NCBI GenBank assembly: GCA_965219085.1
Contig: OZ244720.1
Span: forward strand, 2,272,001 to 2,336,000
Reading direction: 5' to 3'
Source: Dehalococcoidia bacterium
Lineage (GTDB): Bacteria; Chloroflexota; Dehalococcoidia; UBA2979
Length of the DNA stretch: 64,000 bases
The position numbers were made by a program, and so were the translations under genes. Below, one piece after another: positions 11,736 to 21,696 of the stretch. How positions within the stretch are numbered: position 1 is the first letter of the stretch; every line of letters starts with the position of its first letter. The notes under the pieces are model-generated. The model was not told the origin of the DNA and searched no databases. It was given only the letters and a program-made list of their open reading frames with translations.

Positions 11736-12452
11736 ATGGAAGAGTCGCAGACGCGGAGGCTGATCCGCTACACCATCGTCGTGGCGATCGTCGTCGTGCT
11801 CGGCGCGCTCTACGTGCAGCGCGAGATCCTCACCGACGACGAGGTCATGGTTGCCGTTCCCCCTCCCGCCCCCACCCAGGCCGCCGACGCGACGGACGAC
11901 GGATCGACGGACGACGATGCGACCGGGGACGGCTCGACTGAGGACAGCGCACGCGGCTCGACGATGGTGGCCGTCGGACTGCTCGACGACCGCCCCGTCG
12001 AGCTGGACGAGTTGGCGCCGGACTTCCGCCTGACGGACCTCGACGGCAGGGTCGTGATGCTCTCCGACTTCCGCGGCAAGACCGTCGTGCTCAACTTCTG
12101 GGCGAGCTGGTGCCCGCCGTGCCGCGAGGAGATGCCGGAGTTCCAGGCGCTCTGGGACGAGCGCGGCGCCGAGGGCTCCGACGACCTCGTGGTGCTTGCC
12201 GTGAACTTCCTCCGCGACGACAGCGTGAGCGCGGCGACGAACTTCATTCAGGCCAACGACTTCACGTTCCCCGTCATCTTCGACACGACACGCGGCGAGG
12301 TCGCCCAGCGCTACGGCGTGCGAGGACTCCCCGCGACGTTCTTCATCGACCGCAACGGCATCGTGCGCACCACGGCACTCGGCCCGGTCTTCGGCAACCT
12401 GCTCGAGACGGGCATCGCGGACGCCGACACCGAGGGGGGCACGGTCCAGTGA
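11736..12452 (+). CDS. Membrane-anchored TlpA/ResA-family thiol-disulfide oxidoreductase
   Basis: N-terminal TM; [37 protein letters not shown]. Confidence 0.92.
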   Translation: MEESQTRRLIRYTIVVAIVVVLGALYVQREILTDDEVMVAVPPPAPTQAADATDDGSTDDDATGDGSTEDSARGSTMVAVGLLDDRPVELDELAPDFRLTDLDGRVVMLSDFRGKTVVLNFWASWCPPCREEMPEFQALWDERGAEGSDDLVVLAVNFLRDDSVSAATNFIQANDFTFPVIFDTTRGEVAQRYGVRGLPATFFIDRNGIVRTTALGPVFGNLLETGIADADTEGGTVQ

Positions 12453-12964
12453 TCGGTCGTCCGGCGCGCCGGCTGGGCGCGTTCGCGGCCCTGCTCGCGC
12501 TTGGCGCACTCCTCGCCGTCGCGTGCGGTGACAGCGCATCGGACGGGCAGCTGGCGGAGCGCGCCGGCTCGACGTCCGGCTTCCCCACCGGCCCCGCGGT
12601 GACGGTGCCCGAGGGCTTCCAGGGGCCCGCCGAGGGCGTCGGGTCCACCGGCGCCTGGCTCCCGGACAACGAGCAGCCCACGCTCGTGTTCGTCGATGCG
12701 ATTTGGTGACCGTTCTGCGCTCCGGCGCGGTCCGTCGTGCACGGACTCCGCAATGAGTACCAGGACCGGGTGAACTTCGTCATCCTCGACTACGATGAGG
12801 GCGACGAGCGCTCGCTTGCCGAGCGTCTCGGCGCCGGCTCGCACCCGGCGTACGCGACGGTCACGCCCGGCGCCGGCGAGGTGGTGAGCAGCTTCTTCGG
12901 GCCGGCGCCCGAGGCTCAGTTGCGCGAGGTGCTCGATACACTCATCGCCGAGCACGGCGGATAG
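12449..12964 (+). CDS. Thioredoxin-fold lipoprotein, predicted selenoprotein (WUPFC, TGA 12707-12709)
   Basis: Lipobox VAC; reading through TGA joins two ORF-track pieces in frame: [38 protein letters not shown]; SECIS-like hairpin follows. Confidence 0.85.
12727..12751 (+). promoter_or_regulatory. Putative bacterial SECIS element
   Basis: Stem GTCCGT/ACGGAC, loop CGTGC starting 26 nt after the UGA; extendable by GCGG/CCGC. Confidence 0.7.
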
Positions 12965-12988
12965 CGTGACGGTGGCGACGGGGGTCGC

Positions 12989-14062
12989 ATGTTGAGCGTG
13001 TGGTCGAGGCGGATCCGGTCGTGGGGCGCGCTCGCCGCGCTCGGCCTCGCCGTGGCCGCGCTCGCCGCCTGCACGGGCGACGACGAGGAGCCGGCCGAGC
13101 CGCCGGCCGTCGCCACGCCTGTTGTGACGGCAACGCCCACGACCCCGCCCGCAGCCACACCGTCGCCCACGGCGACGCAGGCGCCTCGGACGACTGCTCC
13201 GGCGACCGCGACCGCGACGGCCACAGCGACGGCGACGGCTACTGAGACCGCGACGGCGACTGCGACAGCCACAGCGCCCAGCGCACCTCCGCCCACCGCG
13301 ACCGCGACTCCGGCCGCGAGGGCCGCCGCACAGCCCTCGCCGACCGCCACGGCCGCGCCGGCCGCGGCGGCGTCGACGGCAACCGCGACGCCCGAGGCGA
13401 CACCCCGACCGCAGCCAACGGCGACCGCCACCCCGGCTCCGACACCCACGCCGCGGCCCACGGCGACTCCACACCCGACAGCGACCGCGACACCGCGGCC
13501 CACAGCGACTCCACGCCCGACAGCGACCGCTGCGCCCACGCCGACCGCGACCTCGACGCCTGCACCTACGCCTCCGCCGACACCCGATCCCACGCCCGAG
13601 CCGACGCCTGACCCCACCCCGGAGCCGACTCCGCAGCCGACGCCTGAACCCACTCCAGAGCCAGAGCCCGAGTACGACTTCCCTACCGGCGAGGCCGTGC
13701 TCGTGGCGGACGACTACGAACCACCGAGCAACTCCCTCGGTTCGACGGGAGCGTGGTTGCCCGCCAACGGGAAGCCGACGTTCGTCGTCGTCGGAGCACA
13801 GTGGTGACCGCACTGCCGCCGTGCAAAGCCCGTCGTGAACGGGCTCCGACTAGAGTTCCAGGACCGGGTGAACTTCGTCATCCTCGATTTGGACCGCGGG
13901 GCCGACCGAAGGTTGGCGCGCACCCTCGGGCTGGCGGGTCACCCGAACTTCGGCACGCTCGCGCCCAACTCGAACGAGGTGGTGCAGGGGCTCTTCTCCG
14001 CACCGCGCAGCGGCGAGTTGCGCGCGATGATCGAGGCGCTCCTGGAGGAGCCCGGCGGGTAG
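12989..14062 (+). CDS. Thioredoxin-fold lipoprotein with long Thr/Pro/Ala linker, predicted selenoprotein (WUPHC, TGA 13805-13807)
   Basis: Lipobox LAAC; in-frame read-through [38 protein letters not shown]; paralog of 12449-12964. Confidence 0.85.
13827..13845 (+). promoter_or_regulatory. Putative bacterial SECIS element
   Basis: Stem AGCCCGT/ACGGGCT, loop CGTGA, same 26-nt offset from UGA as in the paralog. Confidence 0.7.
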
Positions 14063-14130
14063 CGCTCGCCACCCTCGCCACCGCGCGCTGCCGGAGGGCC
14101 GCCGACCTGGCGGAGTGCTAGCGTGACGCC

Positions 14131-15069
14131 GTGACTGCCTCGCTCGCACCGATACGCACACGCATGCAGGTACGCGAGTGGGTCGCGCTGCTCGTCGGCG
14201 TGTCGGCGGTGTCCTGGGCGGCGCCGCTCATCCGTCTCGCCGACGCGCCCGCGCTCACGGTCGCGGCCCTGCGCCTCACGTTCGCGGCGATCCCGCTGCT
14301 CGTGCTGGCGCTGCTGCTGCGGCGCGGCGAGTTGCGGACGCTGCGTCGAGGAGATCTGGCGCTGCTCGTGCTGGCGGGACTGTGCATCGGGGCGCACTTC
14401 GGCTTCTGGGTCGCGTCGGTGCAGGACACCTCGCTCGTGGCGAGCACGGCGATCGTCGCGACGCAGCCGCTCTTCGCCGGGGTCGGCGGCTGGCTGCTGC
14501 TCGGCGAGCGGCTCACGAGGTCGCTCATGCTGGGCATCGCGATCGCGGCGGCGGGCGCGCTGCTGCTGGCCGCCGAGGACCTGGGCGAGGCGACCTCGCT
14601 GCGCGGCGACTTCTTCGCACTCCTCGGAGCGGCGTTCGTCGCGGCCTACTTCCTCGCCGGGCGGCGGGCGCGGGCTGGACTCTCGAACGTGAGCTACGCG
14701 GCGATCGTGAACAGCGTCGGCGCCTGCGCGCTGCTGCTGACGCTGACGCTGAGTGGCGGCTCGCCGGTGGGGCACGAGGGCGACGCGTACGTGTTCATCG
14801 TGCTGCTGGCGCTCGTGCCGCAGCTGATCGGGCACGGCTCGCTGACGTGGGCGCTCGGGTCGCTGCCCGCCGTGGTGGTGACCGTGGCCGCGCTCGGCGA
14901 GCCCGTCGGGGCGGCCGCGATCGGCGCCACGCTGCTCGATGAGCCGCCTACACTCGTGGAACTGATCGGGGCAGCCGTGCTGCTCTGCGGCGTATATGTG
15001 GCGCTGCGTGGCGGGCCGGGCGTCGCGCTCGGCGCAGCGCCGCCACGTGGAAGCGAGGGGACGCAATGA
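14131..15069 (+). CDS. DMT/EamA family transporter
   Basis: About 10 hydrophobic segments; TQPLF..LLGERL, LGEPVGAA..LLDEPP. Confidence 0.88.
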   Translation: MTASLAPIRTRMQVREWVALLVGVSAVSWAAPLIRLADAPALTVAALRLTFAAIPLLVLALLLRRGELRTLRRGDLALLVLAGLCIGAHFGFWVASVQDTSLVASTAIVATQPLFAGVGGWLLLGERLTRSLMLGIAIAAAGALLLAAEDLGEATSLRGDFFALLGAAFVAAYFLAGRRARAGLSNVSYAAIVNSVGACALLLTLTLSGGSPVGHEGDAYVFIVLLALVPQLIGHGSLTWALGSLPAVVVTVAALGEPVGAAAIGATLLDEPPTLVELIGAAVLLCGVYVALRGGPGVALGAAPPRGSEGTQ

Positions 15070-16322
15070 CCGAGGACACGACGGGCCCGAACGCCGCGAA
15101 CGGCGGCCCGCTCGCGGGCGTGCGCGTGCTCGACCTCAGCTGGGTGCTCGCCGGGCCGTACTGCACGATGGTCCTCGCGGACCTCGGCGCCGACGTGGTG
15201 AAGTGCGAGCGCCCGCCATTCGGCGACGTCGCGCGCACCACGGGCCCGCTCGTCGACGGCGAGTCCGGCTACTTCTTCAGCATCAACCGCGGCAAGCGCA
15301 GCATCGCCATCGACCTCAAGCTCGAGGCCGGCCGCGACCTGTTCCTGCGGCTCGTGCCAGAGTTCGACGTGATCGTCGAGAACTTTCGCCCGGGCACCCT
15401 CGAACGGCTCGGGCTCGGCTACGAGCAGCTCGCCGAGGTGCACCCGAAGCTCGTCTACCTCGCCATCTCCGGTTACGGGCAGACTGGGCCGATGCGCGAC
15501 CGGCCGGCCCTCGACGTGGTCGTGCAGGGCGCGGGTGGCGTGATGTCGATCACCGGCGAGCCGGGCGGTCCGCCGATCCGGCCGGGGCTCTCGCTGGGCG
15601 ACATCGCCGGCGGGCTGTTCGGCGCGATCGGCGTGCTGTCCGCGCTGCGTGAGCGCGACCAGTCCGGCCTCGGCCAGTTCGTCGACGTCTCGATGCTCGA
15701 CTGCCAGCTCGCGGTCCTCGAGAACGCGTTCCTGCGCTACCACCTCACGGGTGAGACGCCGCAGCCGATGGGCACGAGGCACTCGTGGGCGGTGCCGTTC
15801 CAGGCGTTCCCGACGGCCGACGGGCATCTCGTGATCGCGCTCGCGTGGGGCGTCCCCAACCAGTGGGCATTGCTGTGCTCCGAGCTCGGCCTCGTCGAGC
15901 TCATCGACGACCCCCGGTTCGCCGCGAGCCACCAGCGCTCCGCCAACCACGCTGAGCTGGAACCGCTGCTCAACGAGGCGTTCCGCACGCGCACCACGGC
16001 GGACTGGCTGGAACGCCTCGAGCCCTACGGCATCCCGTGCGGGCCGGTGAACAACATCGCCGAGGCGGCCGCGCACCCGCAGGTGGCGGCGCGCGAGATG
16101 CTGGTGCCAGTCGAGCACCCGGAGCTCGGCACGCTGCCGCTGGTCAGCACGCCGGTGAAGCTCTCACGCACGCCGGGTGGCATCCGCGGGGCATCGCCGG
16201 ACATGGGTGAGCACTCGCGCGAAGTGCTCGCCGAGCGACTCGGGCTGGATGCCGGGGAGGTCGACGCACTGATCGCGGGGCAGATCGTGTGGGAGGAGCG
16301 CCCGCCGGTCGATCTGGGATGA
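15066..16322 (+). CDS. CaiB/BaiF family CoA-transferase
   Basis: PLAGVRVLDLSWVLAGPYCTMVLADLGADVVK, INRGKRSIAIDLK, ENFRPG. Confidence 0.93.
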   Translation: MTEDTTGPNAANGGPLAGVRVLDLSWVLAGPYCTMVLADLGADVVKCERPPFGDVARTTGPLVDGESGYFFSINRGKRSIAIDLKLEAGRDLFLRLVPEFDVIVENFRPGTLERLGLGYEQLAEVHPKLVYLAISGYGQTGPMRDRPALDVVVQGAGGVMSITGEPGGPPIRPGLSLGDIAGGLFGAIGVLSALRERDQSGLGQFVDVSMLDCQLAVLENAFLRYHLTGETPQPMGTRHSWAVPFQAFPTADGHLVIALAWGVPNQWALLCSELGLVELIDDPRFAASHQRSANHAELEPLLNEAFRTRTTADWLERLEPYGIPCGPVNNIAEAAAHPQVAAREMLVPVEHPELGTLPLVSTPVKLSRTPGGIRGASPDMGEHSREVLAERLGLDAGEVDALIAGQIVWEERPPVDLG

Positions 16323-16325
16323 CGA

Positions 16326-16344
16326 GCGGCCCCGTAGGGGCCGC
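16326..16344 (+). terminator. GC-rich hairpin after CoA-transferase
   Basis: GCGGCCCC-GTA-GGGGCCGC perfect 8-bp stem right after the stop; no U-tract. Confidence 0.45.
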
Positions 16345-16370
16345 GCCGATCCAAATCATGAGTAGGTAGC

Positions 16371-16406
16371 GCGTTCGGCGTGCGCATCGTTGACTATCAC
16401 GCGTAG
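16371..16406 (+). pseudogene. 3' remnant of HigB toxin
   Basis: Encodes AFGVRIVDYHA*, the typical HigB terminus (cf. VVDYHD at 57287 and 57977), directly before higA. Confidence 0.65.
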
Positions 16407-16417
16407 GAGCTATCGAC

Positions 16418-16705
16418 ATGTTGCCGGAGCAGCGGATCCCGACCCACCCTGGCGAGATTCTGGCGGAGGAGTTCCTGAAGCCGCTCGATCTCACGCAGGT
16501 CGCGCTTGCGCATCATATCAGCGTGCCGGTGCAGCGGGTGAACGAGATCGTGCGCGGGAAGCGCGGGATCACGGCGGAGACGGCCTGGCTCCTATCCGGC
16601 GCGTTTGGGACCACACCGGACTTCTGGATCAATCTCCAGACGAGCTACGACCTTGCCACGAAGCGGCCCGACCGGCAGGTGGAACGGCTGGGCGTGACCG
16701 GGTAA
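16418..16705 (+). CDS. higA: HigA family antitoxin (orphan)
   Basis: PTHPGEILAEEFLKPL, VNEIVRGKRGITAETA, FWINLQTSYDL. Confidence 0.92.
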   Translation: MLPEQRIPTHPGEILAEEFLKPLDLTQVALAHHISVPVQRVNEIVRGKRGITAETAWLLSGAFGTTPDFWINLQTSYDLATKRPDRQVERLGVTG

Positions 16706-16961
16706 CGCCACCGAGCTACATCTACCTGTACCTGCCCGATCAACCCCAACGCCTACGTCGGCCAGCCTCAGTGACACGAGGTTCTGACTTCGGACCCGCA
16801 GCACACCGACAATCCTGCTGACACTGATTGCCACGCTTTACACCACGCGCGCGAAGCGCCGACAATGTGCTCGCGCCTTGGGCTCTCATGTGCCGTGGGC
16901 TAAGATGGATCGTCGGAAGCTCCACGGGCCGGGGCGTGCCCAGTTCAGGAGGCAGATCGCG

Positions 16962-19900
16962 GTGAATGCCGCACACGCGCGCTCTGCGCAGCAATCAGTT
17001 CTGCACTCGCCGCATCCCCTACGCGGGGATGCCGCGCTGCACCTCCAACGCGGGGATGCCCCGAGGGGCGGGCTCTACAACCCCGCGCTCGAGCATGACG
17101 CCTGCGGCACCGGCTTCGTCGCCGAGGTGAGCGGCGAGCGCACGCGGCGCGTCGTCGAACTGGCCGTCGAGGCCGTCATCAACCTCACGCACCGCGGCGC
17201 CGTATCTGCCGACGCGGCCTCGGGCGACGGCGCCGGGGTCACGATCCAGGTCCCCTTCGAGCTGCTGCAGGACGACATCGCCGCCCTCGGCCACGAACTG
17301 ACCGACCGCGCCGACCTCGCCGTGGCCATGTGCTTCCTCCCGCAGGACGCGGACGCCCAGGCTACGGCGCGTGCCGCGCTCGAGGAGACCTCCACGAGCG
17401 TCGGCCTCGACGTAATCGGGTGGCGGCCCGTCCCGCACGACCCGTCGGTGCTCGGCGGACTCGCGCTCGCCTCGCTACCCGGCATCGAGCAGTTGCTGCT
17501 GCGTCGGCCGGAGGGGCTGGACGCCCGCGAGTTCGAGCGGCAGCTCTACCGCGCGCGCCGGCTCGCCGAGCGTGTCTACCGCGAGCAGGAGATCGACTGC
17601 TACGTCGTGTCGATGTCCTCGCAGACCGTTGTCTACAAGGGGCTGATGGTCGCGCCGCAGTTGCCGGCCTTCTACCCCGACCTCTCGGACGAGCGCACCG
17701 TCTCGTCCGTCGCGCTGTTCCACCAGCGCTTCGCCACCAACACACTGCCGAACTGGCCGCTCGCGCAGCCGTTCCGGTACGTCGCGCACAACGGCGAGAT
17801 CAACACGCTGCTCGGCAACCGCAACTGGATGACGGCGCGCGAGCCCGAGCTGACCTCGAACGTCTGGGGCGACGACATCGGCGAGTTGCTGCCGGTGATC
17901 CTGCCCATCGGATCCGACACTGCCTCGCTCGACGAGGCGCTCGAGTTGCTGACCGCCTCCGGCCGCGACCTGCTGCACGCGATGATGATGCTGATCCCGG
18001 AGGCGTGGGAGAACATGCCGCGGATGAACCCGGAGCTGAAGGCGTTCTACCAGTACCACGCCTGCCTGCAGGAGCCGTGGGACGGCCCCGCCGCCGTCGC
18101 CTTCACCGACGGCGAGATGGCCGCCGCGATCATGGACCGCAACGGCCTCCGCCCCGCTCGCTACCAGCGCACGCGTGACGGCCTGGTCGTGATGGGCTCC
18201 GAGGTCGGCCTCGTCGACCTGCCCTTCAGCGAGATCATCGAATCGGGGCGCATCGGCCCGGGCCAGATGATCGCGGTCGACACGAAGCGGCGGCGCTTCC
18301 TCCACAACGACGAGATCAAGCGCGAGATCGCCGGCAGGCACCCGTATCGCAGCTGGGTCGAGGAGCACCTCTACACCCTCGACCGCTACCTCGACACCGC
18401 CAACGGCCACCACCGCGAGCAGCCCGATGTCGAGCTCCGCACGCAGCAGGTGATGCACGGCTACACCCACGAGGAGATCGAGTACGTCATCAAGCCGATG
18501 GTGCGCGAAGGCAAGGAGCCGACCGGCTCCATGGGCGAGGACACGCCGCTCTCGACGCTCTTCGAGCCCAGCCGCCTGCTCTACACCTACTTCAAGCAGA
18601 AGTTCGCGCAGGTCACGAACCCCGCGATCGACTCGATCCGCGAGGAGATCGTGATGTCGCTCGACACGCTGCTCGGGCGGCGGCACTCGCTACTCGAGGC
18701 CGAACCCGAGGCTGCGCGCCTCGTGAACCTCAACAGCCCGCTGCTCGTCGACGAGGAGCTGGCGGCGCTGCGCAACGTGCCGATGAACGACTTCGCGCTG
18801 ACCACGCTGCACGCGCGCTTCGCGGTCTCGGGCGGTCCCGACGCGCTGCGCGCTTCGCTCGATGACCTGTGCGCCGACGCCGAACGCGCCGTCGAAGAGG
18901 GCAAGTCGGTGATCGTCATCAGCGACCGGCTGACGAGCGCGGAGTGGGCGCCGATCCCGATGCTGCTTGCGGTGTCGACCGTGCACCACCACCTGATCCG
19001 CTCGGGCCACCGCATGAAGGTGAGCCTGGTCGCCGAGTCAGGCGACGCCCGCGACGTGCATCACTTCGGCACGCTCATCAGCTTCGGCGCGAGCGCGGTG
19101 AACCCGTACCTCGCGTTCGATACGCTGCGCGACCTCTACCAGGAGGGCGAGTTCGGCGAAGTCGAACTCGACGAGGTGATGCGCAAGTACCACCAGGCAG
19201 TGGACGCGGGAATCCTCAAGGTGATGTCCAAGATGGGCATCTCCGCGGTCTCCTCGTACCACGGCGCGCAGATCTTCGAGGCGCTCGGCATCTCCGACGA
19301 GGTGATCGAGTTCTCGTTCCCCGGCACCACCTCGCGCATCGGCGGCGTCACCTACGACGACCTCGCGCGTGACGTGCTGGACCGCCACGCGCGCGCCTTC
19401 CCGGAGACGGCGATGCCGCACGGCGGCTGGTACAAATACCGCCGCGACGGCGACTACCACGCCTACGAGCCCAAGGTCTGGCGCGCGCTCCACAAGGCGG
19501 CGCAGGACGGCACATACGAGGACTACAAGGCCTACGCCGAGATCGTCGAGAACCGCCCGACGACCGCGCTGCGTGACCTCCTCGAGTTCCGCCCCGACCG
19601 CGAACCCATCGACATCTCACGCGTCGAGCCGGTCGAGAACATCACCCGCCGCTTCAACACCGGCGCGATGTCGCTGGGGGCGCTCAGCCGTGAGGCCCAC
19701 GAGGACATCGCCCGCGCGATGAACATCCTCGGCGGGCGCTCCAACACCGGCGAGGGCGGCGAGGACCCGCGGCGCTACAGCCCCGACGGCGACCTCCGTG
19801 ACGCGAACTCGAAGGTGAAGCAGGTGGCCTCGGGCCGCTTCGGTGTGACGCCGGCGTACCTCGCCGCCGCCGAGGAGCTCGAGATCAAGATCGCGCAGGG

Positions 19901-21557
19901 CTCGAAGCCCGGCGAAGGCGGGCAGCTGCCCGGCCACAAGGTCTCCGAGTACATCGGTGAGATGCGGCACGTCATGCCCGGCACGCCGCTGATCTCGCCG
20001 CCGCCACACCACGACATCTACTCGATCGAGGATCTCTCGCAGCTGATCTTCGACCTCAAGGCGGCGAACCCGCGCGCCCGCGTGTGCGTGAAGCTCGTCG
20101 CCGCCGAGGGCGTCGGCACGATCGCTGCCGGCGTGGCCAAGGGCTACGCCGACATCATCCAGATCAGCGGCCACGACGGCGGCACCGGCGCCTCGCCGTG
20201 GTCGTCCATCAAGTACGCCGGCGCGCCGTGGGAGCTCGGCCTGGCCGAGACCCAGCAGGTGCTCGTCATGAACAGCCTGCGCGGCCGCGTACGGCTGCGC
20301 GTCGACGGCGGCTTCCACACCGCGCGCGACGTGCTGGTCGCCGCGATGCTCGGGGCCGAGGAGTACGGCTTCGGCACCGCCGCGATGGTCGCGGTCGGGT
20401 GCAAGATGGCGCGCCAGTGCCACCTCAACACGTGCCCCGTCGGCGTCGCGACCCAGCGCGAAGACCTGCGCGCGAAGTACTTCGGCACCCCCGAGATGGT
20501 GATCCGGTACCTCACGCACCTCGCGCACCACGTGCGCGAGCTGCTCGCCGAACTCGGCTACGAGCGCGTCGAGGACCTCATCGGGCGCGCCGACCTGCTC
20601 GACCAGATCGAGCCGGTCAACGGCCACCGCGCCGCCGGCATCGACCTCGAAAAGGTGATCGCACCCGTCGACCGCGAGGGCGCCGAGCCGCACCGCAGGG
20701 TGCTGGATCGCAACGACCGCGGTGAAGCGCTGCTCGACGACCGCATCATCGCGGACGTGCGCACGGCCATCGAAGGCGGCGCCCCGTTGCAGCGCTCGTA
20801 CACGATCCGCAACACGGATCGGACCGTGGGTGCGCGGCTCTCCGGCGAGATTGCGCGTCGCTACGGCGACCGCGGCCTGCCGGACAGCTCCATCGACCTG
20901 TCGTTCCGGGGTTCGGCCGGGCAGTCGTTCGGTGCGTTCCTCACGTCGGGTGTGCGGTTGCACCTCGTCGGCGAGGCCAACGACTACGTCGCGAAGGGGA
21001 TGAGCGGCGGCGAGATCACGATCCGGCCGCCGCGCGATGCGGGGTTCCGCGGCAAGGATGCGGTGCTGGTCGGCAACACCGTCCTCTACGGCGCGACGGG
21101 CGGCCACCTCTTCGTGGCCGGCAGCGCCGGCGAACGCTTCGGGGTGCGGAACTCCGGCGCGCGGGCCGTTGTCGAGGGCGTGGGTGACCACGGCTGCGAA
21201 TACATGACGGACGGCGTGGTCGTGATTCTCGGACCCGCGGGCCGGAACTTCGGCGCGGGCATGTCGGACGGCGTTGCCTTCGTGCTGGACGAGGAAGGCG
21301 ACTTCCGCACGCGCGTGAACCAGGAGCTCGTCGGCCTCGAGCAGGTCACGACGCCCGACAGCATCGAGTTGCTCGAGGCGATGATCCGCCGTCACTACGA
21401 GCTGACGGATTCGCACCGCGCGAAGCGCGTCCTGGACGAATGGCGGCTCTCCCTGCCGAAGTTCTGGAAGGTCATGCCGAAGTTCGCGCTCACCGAGGAA
21501 GGCCCGATGACCGTCGTCCGGCGCCACCTCGAAGGCCTGCGCGCGACCAGCGTCTGA
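16962..21557 (+). CDS. gltB: Glutamate synthase large subunit
   Basis: EHDACGTGF, HQRFATNT, HNGEINT, EPWDGPA, IKIAQGSKPGEGGQLPGHKV, CHLNTCPVGVATQ; AGGAGG SD before GTG 16962. Confidence 0.97.
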   Translation: MNAAHARSAQQSVLHSPHPLRGDAALHLQRGDAPRGGLYNPALEHDACGTGFVAEVSGERTRRVVELAVEAVINLTHRGAVSADAASGDGAGVTIQVPFELLQDDIAALGHELTDRADLAVAMCFLPQDADAQATARAALEETSTSVGLDVIGWRPVPHDPSVLGGLALASLPGIEQLLLRRPEGLDAREFERQLYRARRLAERVYREQEIDCYVVSMSSQTVVYKGLMVAPQLPAFYPDLSDERTVSSVALFHQRFATNTLPNWPLAQPFRYVAHNGEINTLLGNRNWMTAREPELTSNVWGDDIGELLPVILPIGSDTASLDEALELLTASGRDLLHAMMMLIPEAWENMPRMNPELKAFYQYHACLQEPWDGPAAVAFTDGEMAAAIMDRNGLRPARYQRTRDGLVVMGSEVGLVDLPFSEIIESGRIGPGQMIAVDTKRRRFLHNDEIKREIAGRHPYRSWVEEHLYTLDRYLDTANGHHREQPDVELRTQQVMHGYTHEEIEYVIKPMVREGKEPTGSMGEDTPLSTLFEPSRLLYTYFKQKFAQVTNPAIDSIREEIVMSLDTLLGRRHSLLEAEPEAARLVNLNSPLLVDEELAALRNVPMNDFALTTLHARFAVSGGPDALRASLDDLCADAERAVEEGKSVIVISDRLTSAEWAPIPMLLAVSTVHHHLIRSGHRMKVSLVAESGDARDVHHFGTLISFGASAVNPYLAFDTLRDLYQEGEFGEVELDEVMRKYHQAVDAGILKVMSKMGISAVSSYHGAQIFEALGISDEVIEFSFPGTTSRIGGVTYDDLARDVLDRHARAFPETAMPHGGWYKYRRDGDYHAYEPKVWRALHKAAQDGTYEDYKAYAEIVENRPTTALRDLLEFRPDREPIDISRVEPVENITRRFNTGAMSLGALSREAHEDIARAMNILGGRSNTGEGGEDPRRYSPDGDLRDANSKVKQVASGRFGVTPAYLAAAEELEIKIAQGSKPGEGGQLPGHKVSEYIGEMRHVMPGTPLISPPPHHDIYSIEDLSQLIFDLKAANPRARVCVKLVAAEGVGTIAAGVAKGYADIIQISGHDGGTGASPWSSIKYAGAPWELGLAETQQVLVMNSLRGRVRLRVDGGFHTARDVLVAAMLGAEEYGFGTAAMVAVGCKMARQCHLNTCPVGVATQREDLRAKYFGTPEMVIRYLTHLAHHVRELLAELGYERVEDLIGRADLLDQIEPVNGHRAAGIDLEKVIAPVDREGAEPHRRVLDRNDRGEALLDDRIIADVRTAIEGGAPLQRSYTIRNTDRTVGARLSGEIARRYGDRGLPDSSIDLSFRGSAGQSFGAFLTSGVRLHLVGEANDYVAKGMSGGEITIRPPRDAGFRGKDAVLVGNTVLYGATGGHLFVAGSAGERFGVRNSGARAVVEGVGDHGCEYMTDGVVVILGPAGRNFGAGMSDGVAFVLDEEGDFRTRVNQELVGLEQVTTPDSIELLEAMIRRHYELTDSHRAKRVLDEWRLSLPKFWKVMPKFALTEEGPMTVVRRHLEGLRATSV

Positions 21558-21566
21558 ACCGGCTCT

Positions 21567-21675
21567 GTAGTCGCCAACCCGCAGCAGTCGCCAACCCGCA
21601 GCGGCCGCCAACCCACAGCAGCCGCCAACCCACAGCAGCCGCCAACCCACAGCAGCCGCCAACCCAGAGCAGCCG
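21567..21675. repeat. Intergenic 17-bp tandem repeat (GCAGCCGCCAACCCACA consensus, about 6.4 copies)
   Basis: Read directly; lies between the convergent stops of gltB and the ABC permease. Confidence 0.9.
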
Positions 21676-21696
21676 ACGGCGTGAACGCCTCGGCGG

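Noticed and set aside
13100-13670. DNA-level repeat element in the Thr/Pro/Ala tract
   Set aside because: Codons vary freely; it is a low-complexity protein linker.
12707-13807. Nonsense pseudogenes or genome-wide UGA reassignment
   Set aside because: The TGA is at the same catalytic position in both paralogs with a hairpin following, and TGA is a normal stop in many other genes here.
16962-21557. Missing gltD as a novelty
   Set aside because: Stand-alone or ferredoxin-dependent large subunits are well known, and gltD may be elsewhere.
21567-21675. CRISPR array
   Set aside because: Units are contiguous with no unique spacers, and no cas genes are present.
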